From the IMG/VR virus record IMGVR_UViG_3300032312_000643, positions 1-28,327 of that record: a stretch of 28,327 nt of DNA; one strand, written 5' to 3'. Below are positions 1-9,241 of the stretch, piece by piece. Under the pieces are notes generated by a model. That model searched no databases. It was given only the letters and a program-made list of their open reading frames with translations, and was not told where the DNA came from. This DNA comes from a virus (Duplodnaviria; Caudoviricetes). Position numbers and translations under genes: made by a program. The stretch's first letter is position 1, and the number at the start of each line of letters is the position of its first letter.

Positions 1-2
1 CC

Positions 3-1256
3 TATGACGATCTAATTACATTGACAGTGGACAGTGAAGACAACATCATCACCTCAGGCCAGGGACATGGAGAATTGGCGGCGAACGATTTTGACGATCT
101 AGCAGTGGTCTACAAGTTCAACAGCGCAGGTACATTACAGTGGGCTCGCCAACTCAACACTAGAAGCCGCGATTCCGAAGGACACAGCGTGGTAACCATT
201 GGCACAGATATCTATGTCACACACGAAGATAACAACAGTAATGCTTTTGTCAGCAAGTTGAACAGCGCAGGCACAGTGAAATGGCAGAGAAGCACCAAAG
301 GCGATGACATAACCATTGCCAGAACAGCGGACGGAAATCTACTGATAGCAGTTGAAGATAACACCGACGAGAACATCACCATATACGGCGGCGATGCTAT
401 TAAAATATTCCTACTTACACCAGCAGGAGAAACTGTTTGGAAGCGTTGGCTGTCTCCTAACATTGCCTATAATTCTCGCATTGGCAGTAGCGGTGAGTGT
501 CTAGTCACAGACACTAACAGTTTCTATATCACTGGACGCTACCTTGAGGAAAGTGAATTTAGCAATCGTACTTGGGCATGGGCTGCTCGCTTGCCTCTAG
601 ACGGGTCAGGCACAGGTGAGTATGGACAGTTCTGCTACACAGATGTCAATCCGTTATTAGGTTTTTACGCCGGTGGTCTAAGCGACATCAACTACGATAT
701 TGACGTTGTTGATATAGCGGACGCCAACAACTATGCTGGCATATTAGGCGACAGCAGTGATCCATTGATAAACAATGTCGCCCAAGTCACAGTGTTCACT
801 AACAACACCAACGACTATGATGTTAGCAGTTTTTATCCGATATTATTTGTGGAAACTGTACATGACATAGACGGGGGCAATATTGTGTTTGCCGATGGTA
901 CAAGTCAGAATACTTCAGCCACAGACATTCCACAGAGGTTGTTCAATGGTGTAAATTATACTTTGGGATTGAAGGATCGTGGACATCACATTCTCTGTAC
1001 CAACGACCTTGAAAGCATTCGTATTCCCTACAACAGTCGTGTAGAGTTTCCAATAGGCACAGTGATTACCATTGTGAATCCTCGAGGTGATAGTGTGGAA
1101 ATCAACACAGAAGGCGGCAGCATAGGAGTGATGATCCCCGGTGATGACAATTACGCAAACGGTGGCACTTGGCTAGTGTCTGACTATGGTATGGCCACGC
1201 TGTTAAAGATTGGCACAGACTCGTGGGTGTTGGCCGGCAATGTTGCACCAGATTAA
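3..1256 (+). CDS. Tail fibre / adhesin-like virion protein, 5'-truncated (beta-propeller-like repeats, phage fibre C-terminal module)
   Basis: The frame is open from base 3, so the true start is probably upstream of the window. Repeated KFNSAGTLQWAR / KLNSAGTVKWQR / LTPAGETVWKR blades. The C-terminal YTLGLKDRGHHI..IPYNSRVEFPIGTVITIVN..ATLLKIGTDSWVLAG resembles common phage fibre ends. Confidence 0.65.
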   Translation, partial: YDDLITLTVDSEDNIITSGQGHGELAANDFDDLAVVYKFNSAGTLQWARQLNTRSRDSEGHSVVTIGTDIYVTHEDNNSNAFVSKLNSAGTVKWQRSTKGDDITIARTADGNLLIAVEDNTDENITIYGGDAIKIFLLTPAGETVWKRWLSPNIAYNSRIGSSGECLVTDTNSFYITGRYLEESEFSNRTWAWAARLPLDGSGTGEYGQFCYTDVNPLLGFYAGGLSDINYDIDVVDIADANNYAGILGDSSDPLINNVAQVTVFTNNTNDYDVSSFYPILFVETVHDIDGGNIVFADGTSQNTSATDIPQRLFNGVNYTLGLKDRGHHILCTNDLESIRIPYNSRVEFPIGTVITIVNPRGDSVEINTEGGSIGVMIPGDDNYANGGTWLVSDYGMATLLKIGTDSWVLAGNVAPD

Positions 1257-1265
1257 GGAAACAAG

Positions 1266-3107
1266 ATGCCTATATCACAGATATTATTAACCAGCAGTGG
1301 CGGTGGTGGTGGAGCCCCGTGGATTAACATCTACGGTTGGGCATCACCGATGAATGAAGGATCAACCAATACTGCAACTGTAGACTTTCAAAACTATCCG
1401 CCAACTACTATATATTGGCAGATTGTGAATGATAGCACAGAGAATGCTGACTGGGTCACTGCCGAACCTAATGGAATGCCATTAGGATCTTTACAAATAG
1501 AGGGTACTGGTCAAGGTTCTTTTAGTTGGACTGCTGCAGGGGATCTCACTACAGAAGGCGATCAGACTTATTATCTAAATGTGGGCACGGCGCTGGGCGG
1601 CAACGATCTCGTCAGTACTGCGCCTTTGACTATCACTGACACTAGTCTAACTCCTACACCAACTTATACACTAACAGCACTAGGCAGTCAAGCCAGTGCA
1701 ACCAGCGTGGACGAAGGCAGCGCCGCAACATTTGAAGCCGGCGGTACTAATATCTCTGACGGCACTTACTACTGGACTGTAGAATCTAACAATGAAGAAT
1801 TTGCCACCGCAAGTGGTTCATTCTCAATCACTGGCAACACAGGACAATTCATAGTAACACCTACCGCTGATGCTACAACAGAAGGACCAGAAACATTTAC
1901 AGTTCAACTTCGATCAGGTAGTATTACTGGCACAGTATTAGCAACTAGCGATGCATTTACTATCAACGATACCAGTCTTGATCCAGAGCCACCGTTTAGT
2001 TTACAGTTTAATCAACCTCAAGGAGATTATCTATCAACACCTGCCAGCACCGACTGGAACTTGGGAACATCTTGGACCATAGAGTTCTGGTTAAACGCCA
2101 ATCGTTCAGGTGATGGCAGTGCAAATATGACTGGCGGCATATGGGGCTTGTTAAATCAAGAAGGTTGGGCCGCAACTAATGCTATAAACATAGGAATAAG
2201 TGACAGCAAATTAGTTGTTGGACAAGGCGCTCAATATGACGATGTACGATACACTGAACCTACTCCAGCGCAGTGGACACACGTGGCTGTGGTCAACAAC
2301 GCAGGCACACAGAAAGTATTCTATAATGGTGTTGAGCAGACTAAAGTTTCAGGAACATTTGGCACAGCCAACTATACTAACTCCACAGACAGTTTAGCCA
2401 TAGGTAATATGAGCGGTGGCAACAACTACTTTGATGGCAAGATGGCCATGGTTAGAATCAGTAACACGGCCAAGTATGCCGCGGCATTTACTTCCACAGT
2501 GACTTATGGTGTTGAATCAGATACCGTGTTGTTCTTGGACTCGGATACTCCGTTGGTTGATACATCTTATTATGAATTGAACGATGTATCAGTAGTCGCT
2601 AACAATCTGACCACTATCTTTATTTCCAAGTCAGCGTATCCTAATTTAGATAAACAAGTTCGAGTAGGCAATACCGTAACTGCTGAAGATTCTACAACTT
2701 GCATAGTTACCGTAGCAGTGTTCACAGCAGATCCTGATAATTGGGGAGTAACTGTTTCACCTGGATGGAGCAGTGTAGGCACAGTAGACTTCAGTGGTGC
2801 TAGACATACCATCGTCAACAACGGTACAACTGTGAGTGAAGAGTTCCCGAACACATTCACTGGATTAGTACATCCTTATAGTGGTGGCACCTTTGGCGCT
2901 ACATACTGTCTTGTAAATGATCCTAGAATTGCCGAGGCCGCGGCTATACCAGTTGGTGCTAGAATAACCAGCAACATAGCAGGCTTTGGTATTAGAACTG
3001 TAACGAACAATGTGGCCGTGGACGGGTTCCACTCAATCATCACATACGATAATACCGGGTTAACTGGCAACACCAGCACTTCACATGTGTTTAACTTCTA
3101 CTGGTAA
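1266..3107 (+). CDS. Virion adhesin with two Ig/Calx-beta-like repeats and a LamG (ConA-like lectin) domain
   Basis: Repeated NEGS..ADxTTEGxxT(Y/F)..ITDTS units. WTIEFW..WTHVAVV..FYNG..LAIG..FDGKMAMVRIS is a LamG pattern. AAGGA SD before the ATG. Confidence 0.7.
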   Translation: MPISQILLTSSGGGGGAPWINIYGWASPMNEGSTNTATVDFQNYPPTTIYWQIVNDSTENADWVTAEPNGMPLGSLQIEGTGQGSFSWTAAGDLTTEGDQTYYLNVGTALGGNDLVSTAPLTITDTSLTPTPTYTLTALGSQASATSVDEGSAATFEAGGTNISDGTYYWTVESNNEEFATASGSFSITGNTGQFIVTPTADATTEGPETFTVQLRSGSITGTVLATSDAFTINDTSLDPEPPFSLQFNQPQGDYLSTPASTDWNLGTSWTIEFWLNANRSGDGSANMTGGIWGLLNQEGWAATNAINIGISDSKLVVGQGAQYDDVRYTEPTPAQWTHVAVVNNAGTQKVFYNGVEQTKVSGTFGTANYTNSTDSLAIGNMSGGNNYFDGKMAMVRISNTAKYAAAFTSTVTYGVESDTVLFLDSDTPLVDTSYYELNDVSVVANNLTTIFISKSAYPNLDKQVRVGNTVTAEDSTTCIVTVAVFTADPDNWGVTVSPGWSSVGTVDFSGARHTIVNNGTTVSEEFPNTFTGLVHPYSGGTFGATYCLVNDPRIAEAAAIPVGARITSNIAGFGIRTVTNNVAVDGFHSIITYDNTGLTGNTSTSHVFNFYW

Positions 3108-3110
3108 TTG

Positions 3111-3545
3111 ATGTTTGAACAACGCAGGCTGGCAGTTGACGCAGGGTTGGCAGAACTGATACAACATCAGCGTGGACTGGACTATAGACGCAGGTACGGC
3201 GCAGGCTGGCAGAGTATAGGGTATACTGTTCAGCCTTTTCCATGGTTTGACACAACATATAGAGCAGTTGAAGCTGAAGCGGGTAGTATAGACACTTGGT
3301 GGTTTAATGCGAACCTACAGGGTGAAGGCACGGGTTGGCACACGCACAGTCAGTGGGCACGAGTAGGTGTACTGTATGTACAGGTACCTGCGGGTCTTAT
3401 AGAGTTCAAGCAGGGCGGAGCATATTGGACAGAAAGTCCTCAAGCAGGAGATTTACTAGTATTTCCTGGAGCTTTAGAGCATAGAGTAAGACCTAATACT
3501 AGTTCGGACGTTAGAATTAGCATAGCGTTCAACTTCAAACGGTAA
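3111..3545 (+). CDS. 2OG-Fe(II) oxygenase (TIGR02466-like)
   Basis: GWHTH..GVLYV, FPGALEHRV and RISIAFN motifs. Start is ATG 3111 or TTG 3108. Confidence 0.8.
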   Translation: MFEQRRLAVDAGLAELIQHQRGLDYRRRYGAGWQSIGYTVQPFPWFDTTYRAVEAEAGSIDTWWFNANLQGEGTGWHTHSQWARVGVLYVQVPAGLIEFKQGGAYWTESPQAGDLLVFPGALEHRVRPNTSSDVRISIAFNFKR

Positions 3546-3548
3546 ATA
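3543..3548 (+). promoter_or_regulatory. T4-like late promoter core (TAAATA)
   Basis: TAAATA lies 19 nt before ATG 3567, with a GAGGA SD between them. The same motif recurs before many genes. Confidence 0.55.
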
Positions 3549-3566
3549 CTCACAGAGGATATAATA

Positions 3567-4985
3567 ATGGCCGCAAACGGAATATCAACGCTGACAATAG
3601 CAAGTGGATCTACTCTCACAAAAGATGTTAATCCACCCCATTCTAATGGTGAAATTGTTGCTCCTTTCTCGGCTATTTGGAGTCTAAATTATGTAGGTGC
3701 TTTGGGAGCAACAAATGATGTCTCATACAAATTATATGTAACATCGTTGGGAATAGGCTCTGCTTTCACATTAACCAGTCATCAGACCGGTGATTTCGCA
3801 GTAACAGCAGGTAACTTCTTGTATGATGAATACGGAAACAGTATCGGCATTATAAAGGGCAACGCCACAATAGACAATTACATGGCCAAGGCCGCGGCAG
3901 TTTGTGGTTCATTGTCTAATACTATAATAACTGCCGCAACATACAAAGGCACATGGAACGCTTTTACTAACACTCCCACACTGACTGATGGTGTTGGCAC
4001 CTTGGGAGATGCTTACGATACAACAGTTGCTGGAACCAGCGGCGCCTTTCCTGCGTATGGCGAACAAGACTGGCGCATCTATGACGGCTCTGTTTGGCAA
4101 AGAGTTGCTAAAACAACCACAACACAATGGACTATAACACCGGCCACTGGTGGACTAGCAGACAAAGAGGCTAGACAGATTGCCAAACTGGATATTGCAC
4201 AGCTAAAGCGTCGGGGCTATACATTAAATGCCGATGGCACAATTGCCAGCTCAGTAACACCAGCAACAACACCGCTTGCTCAAAACATAGAAGGCTCTAA
4301 TGGTGCTAATGCGTTCTTCTTTAGACCAAACAATTCAACATATGCTCAAATTGTAGCAGGCTGGACAGTTGTAGGCCAACCCACTTGGGTAGTGACTAGT
4401 GCTACATCCGATCCTGGCGACCAATATTCCACAGCAGTAACTATCACAGGCGGCACATTTGTTTCAGGTCAATCTTATGCATTTACTGGTAATATTGTGA
4501 CAGCTGGAGCACCAGATACTGGCGCACCTTTCTATCGTGCTCGCAACGTGTACGACCCAGATCGATTGCCCACTCAATACAGCGGCTATACTGTTGTTGA
4601 CAATGCTAACTCTGGTGGTTTAGTTCAAGGTCGTCCTTGGACAGGTATTGGTACAGACGATCCAGCCAATGCCGCAGAACCTGAAGCCACTGCTTGGGTA
4701 TTAATGGATGGCCCATATGGTGATGAGTACGGCTTTTACGCTGGACAAAGTTGGCGCAAGATGGCACCTGGGGCGATAGTCAATGGAAAAACAAGTTATA
4801 ATTATGTAGACGAGACAGTGTATTGGGACGGCACAAATTGGCTGTATACCAACGTAGGATTAGGAGTAGTCAGCACAGGAACAGGCGGCAACCGACCATG
4901 GCAAGCCGCATGGACTGGCTCGTACACAGGTACTAAGATAACCAGCACATACGTTAAGACAACCAACTATCCATCGGTACCTTAA
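3567..4985 (+). CDS. Mosaic virion structural protein (fibre/decoration-like)
   Basis: Thr/Gly/Ala-rich. Carries a YKGTWNA..TPTL..GDAY..DWRIYDGSVWQRV fibre module. Late promoter and SD upstream. Confidence 0.55.
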   Translation: MAANGISTLTIASGSTLTKDVNPPHSNGEIVAPFSAIWSLNYVGALGATNDVSYKLYVTSLGIGSAFTLTSHQTGDFAVTAGNFLYDEYGNSIGIIKGNATIDNYMAKAAAVCGSLSNTIITAATYKGTWNAFTNTPTLTDGVGTLGDAYDTTVAGTSGAFPAYGEQDWRIYDGSVWQRVAKTTTTQWTITPATGGLADKEARQIAKLDIAQLKRRGYTLNADGTIASSVTPATTPLAQNIEGSNGANAFFFRPNNSTYAQIVAGWTVVGQPTWVVTSATSDPGDQYSTAVTITGGTFVSGQSYAFTGNIVTAGAPDTGAPFYRARNVYDPDRLPTQYSGYTVVDNANSGGLVQGRPWTGIGTDDPANAAEPEATAWVLMDGPYGDEYGFYAGQSWRKMAPGAIVNGKTSYNYVDETVYWDGTNWLYTNVGLGVVSTGTGGNRPWQAAWTGSYTGTKITSTYVKTTNYPSVP

Positions 4986-4989
4986 TTAA

Positions 4990-5415
4990 ATGACTTACAG
5001 AAAATATATCAACATTGTAGAAGCAGCCAACAAGGGCTGTCCGATTGCCACATACGATTTAGATGTCAACTTAAAGAATCGTCAGAAGGCCATAGACGAA
5101 TACCACTACGGTCCTGCCAATCCAGAAGAGCCAGAATCGTATTGGAAGGACGCTGCCCGTCGTTGGAACATCACAGAAAAGACTGCCAAGACCATGCTGT
5201 GTGGTAATTGTGCGGCATTTGATGTTTCAGACAAGATGTGGTCTTGTATCGAAGATGGCATTAAGGGCGATGAGAAAGACGCAGATGCTATGGCCACAAT
5301 ACACAAGTCAGACCTAGGCTACTGTAACTTTTTACATTTTAAATGTGCAGGTACAAGATCGTGTACAGCATGGGTTACTGGCGGAGCAATAGATGACAAG
5401 GACAGAACACAATGA
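4990..5415 (+). CDS. Cys-rich hypothetical protein, HiPIP-like Cys spacing
   Basis: CGNCAAF..GYCNFLHFKCAGTRSCTAW; N-terminal leader MTYRKYINIVE. Confidence 0.55.
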   Translation: MTYRKYINIVEAANKGCPIATYDLDVNLKNRQKAIDEYHYGPANPEEPESYWKDAARRWNITEKTAKTMLCGNCAAFDVSDKMWSCIEDGIKGDEKDADAMATIHKSDLGYCNFLHFKCAGTRSCTAWVTGGAIDDKDRTQ

Positions 5416-6014
5416 GAATAACTGACATTGTAGAAGGCAAATTCCGCAGCAAAGACATAGAAGACTTTGTGCCCGACAATGATGCTCTTAACGACGTTAA
5501 ATCAAAATTTCTACCTGATTGGGAAATGTTAGATCATCGTACACTACAGGCCAAGTATGTGGCCAAAGATCATAGACATGCTCTAGAGTTTGTGAGCTTT
5601 ATTAATCGCTTGTGCGAAAAGATGGATCACTTTGCCGAAGTCACACAAGACGTAGCAGAAGTCACTGTTAAAACATCAACCTTCGATGTCAAAGGCCTAA
5701 CTATATTAGATTTTAAACTAGCAGTGTTTGTAGATCACTATGCGGAAAAGAACGATATAGAACAAGTTCGAATGAAAGGTAACTTTGGCATGCACGAAGC
5801 AGCCAAAAAAGGCTTGTACTATTATGTGAACAAACGCAAGAAAGCAGGCACTAGTAGAAAGAAAGGTGCTCCTGGATCTCCCACAGCACAAGCATGGAAA
5901 GACGCAGCCAAGACTGCTAAAAAAGAAGATGTAGCGGAAGGTTACGGTCGTTATTACTGTTCTACAGATAAAAAATGGAAGACTCGTAAAGGACCAAAGC
6001 AGACAAGAAAATAA
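5412..6014 (+). CDS. Pterin-4a-carbinolamine dehydratase (PCD/DCoH)-fold protein with basic C-terminal peptides
   Basis: LPDW..ALEFVSFINRLCEKMDHFAEV..VTVKTSTFDVKGLTILDFKLA matches the PCD layout. ATGA overlap with the upstream gene. Confidence 0.65.
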   Translation: MRITDIVEGKFRSKDIEDFVPDNDALNDVKSKFLPDWEMLDHRTLQAKYVAKDHRHALEFVSFINRLCEKMDHFAEVTQDVAEVTVKTSTFDVKGLTILDFKLAVFVDHYAEKNDIEQVRMKGNFGMHEAAKKGLYYYVNKRKKAGTSRKKGAPGSPTAQAWKDAAKTAKKEDVAEGYGRYYCSTDKKWKTRKGPKQTRK

Positions 6015-6024
6015 GGAGCGACAG

Positions 6025-6168
6025 ATGACAACAACAGAACAGAATGAATTTGAGTGTAATCACTGCGGACACCCCGCACATTGCGGACACGGTTGCGTAG
6101 ACGACACCTGCGACCACTGCCCAGAGTGTGCCTGTGTACACTGTCAAGCAGAACCTAGAGACGAGTAA
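6025..6168 (+). CDS. 47-aa Cys/His-rich metallothionein-like peptide (not in ORF track)
   Basis: MTTTEQNEFECNHCGHPAHCGHGCVDDTCDHCPECACVHCQAEPRDE. AAGGAG SD upstream; TAATG overlap with the next gene; fills the gap exactly. Confidence 0.75.
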   Translation: MTTTEQNEFECNHCGHPAHCGHGCVDDTCDHCPECACVHCQAEPRDE

Positions 6169-6791
6169 TGTTTCAAAGACATCAAGTAAGACTGATGTCA
6201 AATCCCACTTGCTATAACAGCATCACTGATCTAGGACAACAAGACTTTCGTTATTATGACAAGGATGGATTTGAATTAAATCAAGCAGAGCAGAAGTTCT
6301 ACGCTGCTATGAATTTTCCTATCAATTATCATTGTCTTAATCATACCTGTTGGCAAGAACCTTGGTTTACCCTAGAAGATTCAGTGAAAGGTCTAATACT
6401 TGATCACAGTCTATTCCTGTGTCGATGTAGCTACGACAAAGAAGCAGAACAACAACTACAACAACTCAAATCTACAATACCTACAGCAGATCTGCTGTTA
6501 AGAACTCGTAGAAAATGGGGATTTGATTTTGCTTTAGATGCTGTTGCTAACGACGGTACTGTCTACGAAGTCCTACATGTTGAGTATGACAACTATGACT
6601 ACGAGCATTTTAAAAATAGATTCTTAAATTTTGAATGGATTGTAAGACACACAGATTGGCACGATGCTGCTCGTAGGATATGGGATCAGCGAGACCAATG
6701 GCAACATCACGCAGGCTTTGATCAAAACAATTGGAAAGCAGAATACTTACTAGGTTGGTCCAAAGCAGAATACACAGAGAAGACAGTTTAA
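6168..6791 (+). CDS. Hypothetical protein
   Basis: 207-aa ORF translationally coupled to the upstream peptide; no recognised motif. Confidence 0.7.
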   Translation: MFQRHQVRLMSNPTCYNSITDLGQQDFRYYDKDGFELNQAEQKFYAAMNFPINYHCLNHTCWQEPWFTLEDSVKGLILDHSLFLCRCSYDKEAEQQLQQLKSTIPTADLLLRTRRKWGFDFALDAVANDGTVYEVLHVEYDNYDYEHFKNRFLNFEWIVRHTDWHDAARRIWDQRDQWQHHAGFDQNNWKAEYLLGWSKAEYTEKTV

Positions 6792-6823
6792 ATAAATACT
6801 CTTATAACAAATTTAGGGTTACA

Positions 6824-7258
6824 ATGAAAAAACTACTACTATTATTACTAGCTGTGCCCATGCTAGCAATGGCTCAAAAACAGCCACAGGGCGTTACCTA
6901 TGACGCACAAATCCTAAGAGTGAGTGATGGCGACACAGTTGTGATCGCCGCCCCCTTTCTACCACAGCCGCTTAAACCTGAGCTTGCCGTCCGAATCTAC
7001 GGTGTTGACACCCCCGAAAAAGGTTTCCGTGGACAGTGTGACAGTGAAAAAGCCCGAGGAGAAGCTGCCAGCGTTTTCACTAAAAATCTCGTCGCAGCCA
7101 GCCAACAGCGACAAGTTATACTATACGGGTGGGATAAATTCGGTGGTCGTGTATTGGGCGACATCATTCTAAACGGAAAGAGTCTACGTGCTGAATTAAT
7201 TCGCAACGGCTTCGCCCGCGAGTACTATGGCGATGCTAAACAATCTTGGTGTAATTAA
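6824..7258 (+). CDS. Thermonuclease (SNase family) with signal peptide
   Basis: Signal MKKLLLLLLAVPMLAMA; DGDT, VRIYGVDTPE, DKFGGRVLG and LIRNGFA motifs. TAAATA at 6793-6798 supports the 6824 start. Confidence 0.88.
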   Translation: MKKLLLLLLAVPMLAMAQKQPQGVTYDAQILRVSDGDTVVIAAPFLPQPLKPELAVRIYGVDTPEKGFRGQCDSEKARGEAASVFTKNLVAASQQRQVILYGWDKFGGRVLGDIILNGKSLRAELIRNGFAREYYGDAKQSWCN

Positions 7259-7259
7259 A

Positions 7260-8132
7260 ATGAAAATTGAAAGCTACCAATTATTTGCTCAACTGCTAGA
7301 AGGCCATGTCAATGAAGCCAGTACCAGTTTGAACCTTATCTCGGGAAATCCTGGAGGTAAACAAGTCATACAAAAGCTACACCAAGACATGCAACTAGCA
7401 CATGACATTGGCTACAAGCCAGTAGACAAAATTTCATGGAGTGAGCTCAAAGACAGCTATCGAGGTGCTTGGGTAATTATCCAAGGAGCTAATGGCACAG
7501 GTGCTATTCGTGCTCGTAACGGTAGTTATGAAGCAGTGGCCAGCACAGGCGGTGAAACTCGATCAGTATCAGACGGGAGAGGTGGTAACATCATCGACTT
7601 TCTCAAAGGCGAAATCGGCAAACTACAAAAATTTTATGTAGCTAAAAATACTACAGCAGTCGCAGATAAGAAAAAGAACCGTGCTGATCAACAGAAAGGT
7701 ACATCTAACGAAGTAAGCCAAGAAACCCTAGTTAAAAAATTTAAACCGTTATGGTCCCGTGCTATCACAGCATCAATAGCAGATATAAAAGGACACATAG
7801 CTAATATGATTAAGAATGATGCTTTTGAAAAAGCCAAAAAGAAACTTAATTATATTGAAACTCTACAGAATGGACTCGAAGCTCTAGAAGCAGGTAATCA
7901 AGATACTCCTGGATTTATTAATTCAGCTATCAATTCAGCAGTGCTGATGGCAGCTAGTCATCATTATCCAGAAACCACAGGCAACCTAGAACGCAGTCGT
8001 TATGGTAGTGGCAGTGTCTCGGCACAGTTCAGCGAAGGACCAGCACAGTTGTTAAAAGACATCGCCGGCGGTGATCAAAAGAAACTAGGAACAGTGCTCT
8101 CTTTCTTTAAAAGGAGCTTGGTATCAGGATGA
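7260..8132 (+). CDS. Hypothetical protein, candidate internal head protein
   Basis: Starts 1 nt after the SNase stop; leader MKIESYQLFAQLLE-GHVNE-A. Confidence 0.65.
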   Translation: MKIESYQLFAQLLEGHVNEASTSLNLISGNPGGKQVIQKLHQDMQLAHDIGYKPVDKISWSELKDSYRGAWVIIQGANGTGAIRARNGSYEAVASTGGETRSVSDGRGGNIIDFLKGEIGKLQKFYVAKNTTAVADKKKNRADQQKGTSNEVSQETLVKKFKPLWSRAITASIADIKGHIANMIKNDAFEKAKKKLNYIETLQNGLEALEAGNQDTPGFINSAINSAVLMAASHHYPETTGNLERSRYGSGSVSAQFSEGPAQLLKDIAGGDQKKLGTVLSFFKRSLVSG

Positions 8133-9238
8133 AATTAGACCAAATTATTCAAGAAGCCAACGTAGCGGCTAAGATCAAAGATCCAAAAACAATTAAGATG
8201 TTAGGCATTGCCATGCGTCATGACAGCACATTGCCTAAAGCAAAGGTAGCAGCTCTTGGACCAAAACCCACAGACGAACAAATTCTAAATTTATGGAGTG
8301 AGTTGTTAGATCTGTCATTGCGAAGCACAGACTACGGTGATATCTCAGCAGACGGTAAGTTTGATGATTGGCTAACACGCATGTACATGAACGGCATTGC
8401 TGACTACGAAGATATCAACGGTGAAGGTGGTGATGCTCTAGGTGCTTGGAAGGCCTTGAGTGTACGTGGAAAGCTTTCAGACAAACATCAAGACTTCAAC
8501 AAGTTTAAGAATCTGCGTCAGATACAGGCTATTATTCAAGATAGAGCTTATCGTGACGAACTACGTAGGATCAAAGATGCTGAAGTTATTGAAAAACACA
8601 AACGTGAAAAGAAAGAAACCACACTGATTGATAACGAACGTTTCCTAGTAACTATTCCCTACAACTACGGTGCCTGTTATAACTTCAATAACTCACATGG
8701 TTTCAATGCCAGTTTCTGTACTGGATCTAGCAGTGGTGCTAGTTGGTTTGGTCGTTACGCTGATGAAGGCCCAATCATCTCAGTGTTCGATAAACAGAAC
8801 CCAGATGATGTCAACGGCAAATGGCAGATACACGCACCCACTAATCAAATCAATAACGGCAACCAATCTGTTCGCAAAGACGAGCGTTTTGCTGAATTGT
8901 TTCCAGGACTAATGAAACAAATCGCTATCGCTATTCAAAGCAAAGGCGAAGAAATCAAAACAAATTCAGTTGACCTAGTTAGTGGTGGTTATGATATCAG
9001 CAAAGCAGTAACTGATTTGAAAAACAAGTTTCCTATGAGCTTCAACTCTAGCGAAGAAAAAGCTGAACCCGATGATGATAGCGGTGCTGGCACATACCTA
9101 GTGACTCATACTCCTTCTGGAAGAACTGCTCGAATAGATGCTGACAGTAGAGAGGATGTTCTTAACAAACTTCGTGAGCGTCATCCCAATATCAATACCG
9201 ATGACTTTACGATAGAAAAACAAGCAGCACAGGATTAA
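8129..9238 (+). CDS. Hypothetical protein, candidate internal head protein (PcfJ-like central segment)
   Basis: Leader MKLDQIIQE-A. GACYNF..SFCTG..WFGRY..GPIISVFDK..KWQIH resembles a WCT/PcfJ-like module I recall from large phages. Confidence 0.6.
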   Translation: MKLDQIIQEANVAAKIKDPKTIKMLGIAMRHDSTLPKAKVAALGPKPTDEQILNLWSELLDLSLRSTDYGDISADGKFDDWLTRMYMNGIADYEDINGEGGDALGAWKALSVRGKLSDKHQDFNKFKNLRQIQAIIQDRAYRDELRRIKDAEVIEKHKREKKETTLIDNERFLVTIPYNYGACYNFNNSHGFNASFCTGSSSGASWFGRYADEGPIISVFDKQNPDDVNGKWQIHAPTNQINNGNQSVRKDERFAELFPGLMKQIAIAIQSKGEEIKTNSVDLVSGGYDISKAVTDLKNKFPMSFNSSEEKAEPDDDSGAGTYLVTHTPSGRTARIDADSREDVLNKLRERHPNINTDDFTIEKQAAQD

Positions 9239-9241
9239 ATT

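Noticed and set aside
3-4985. Diversity-generating retroelement or invertible tail-fibre cassette
   Set aside because: No reverse transcriptase, recombinase or TR/VR repeat pair seen in the window.
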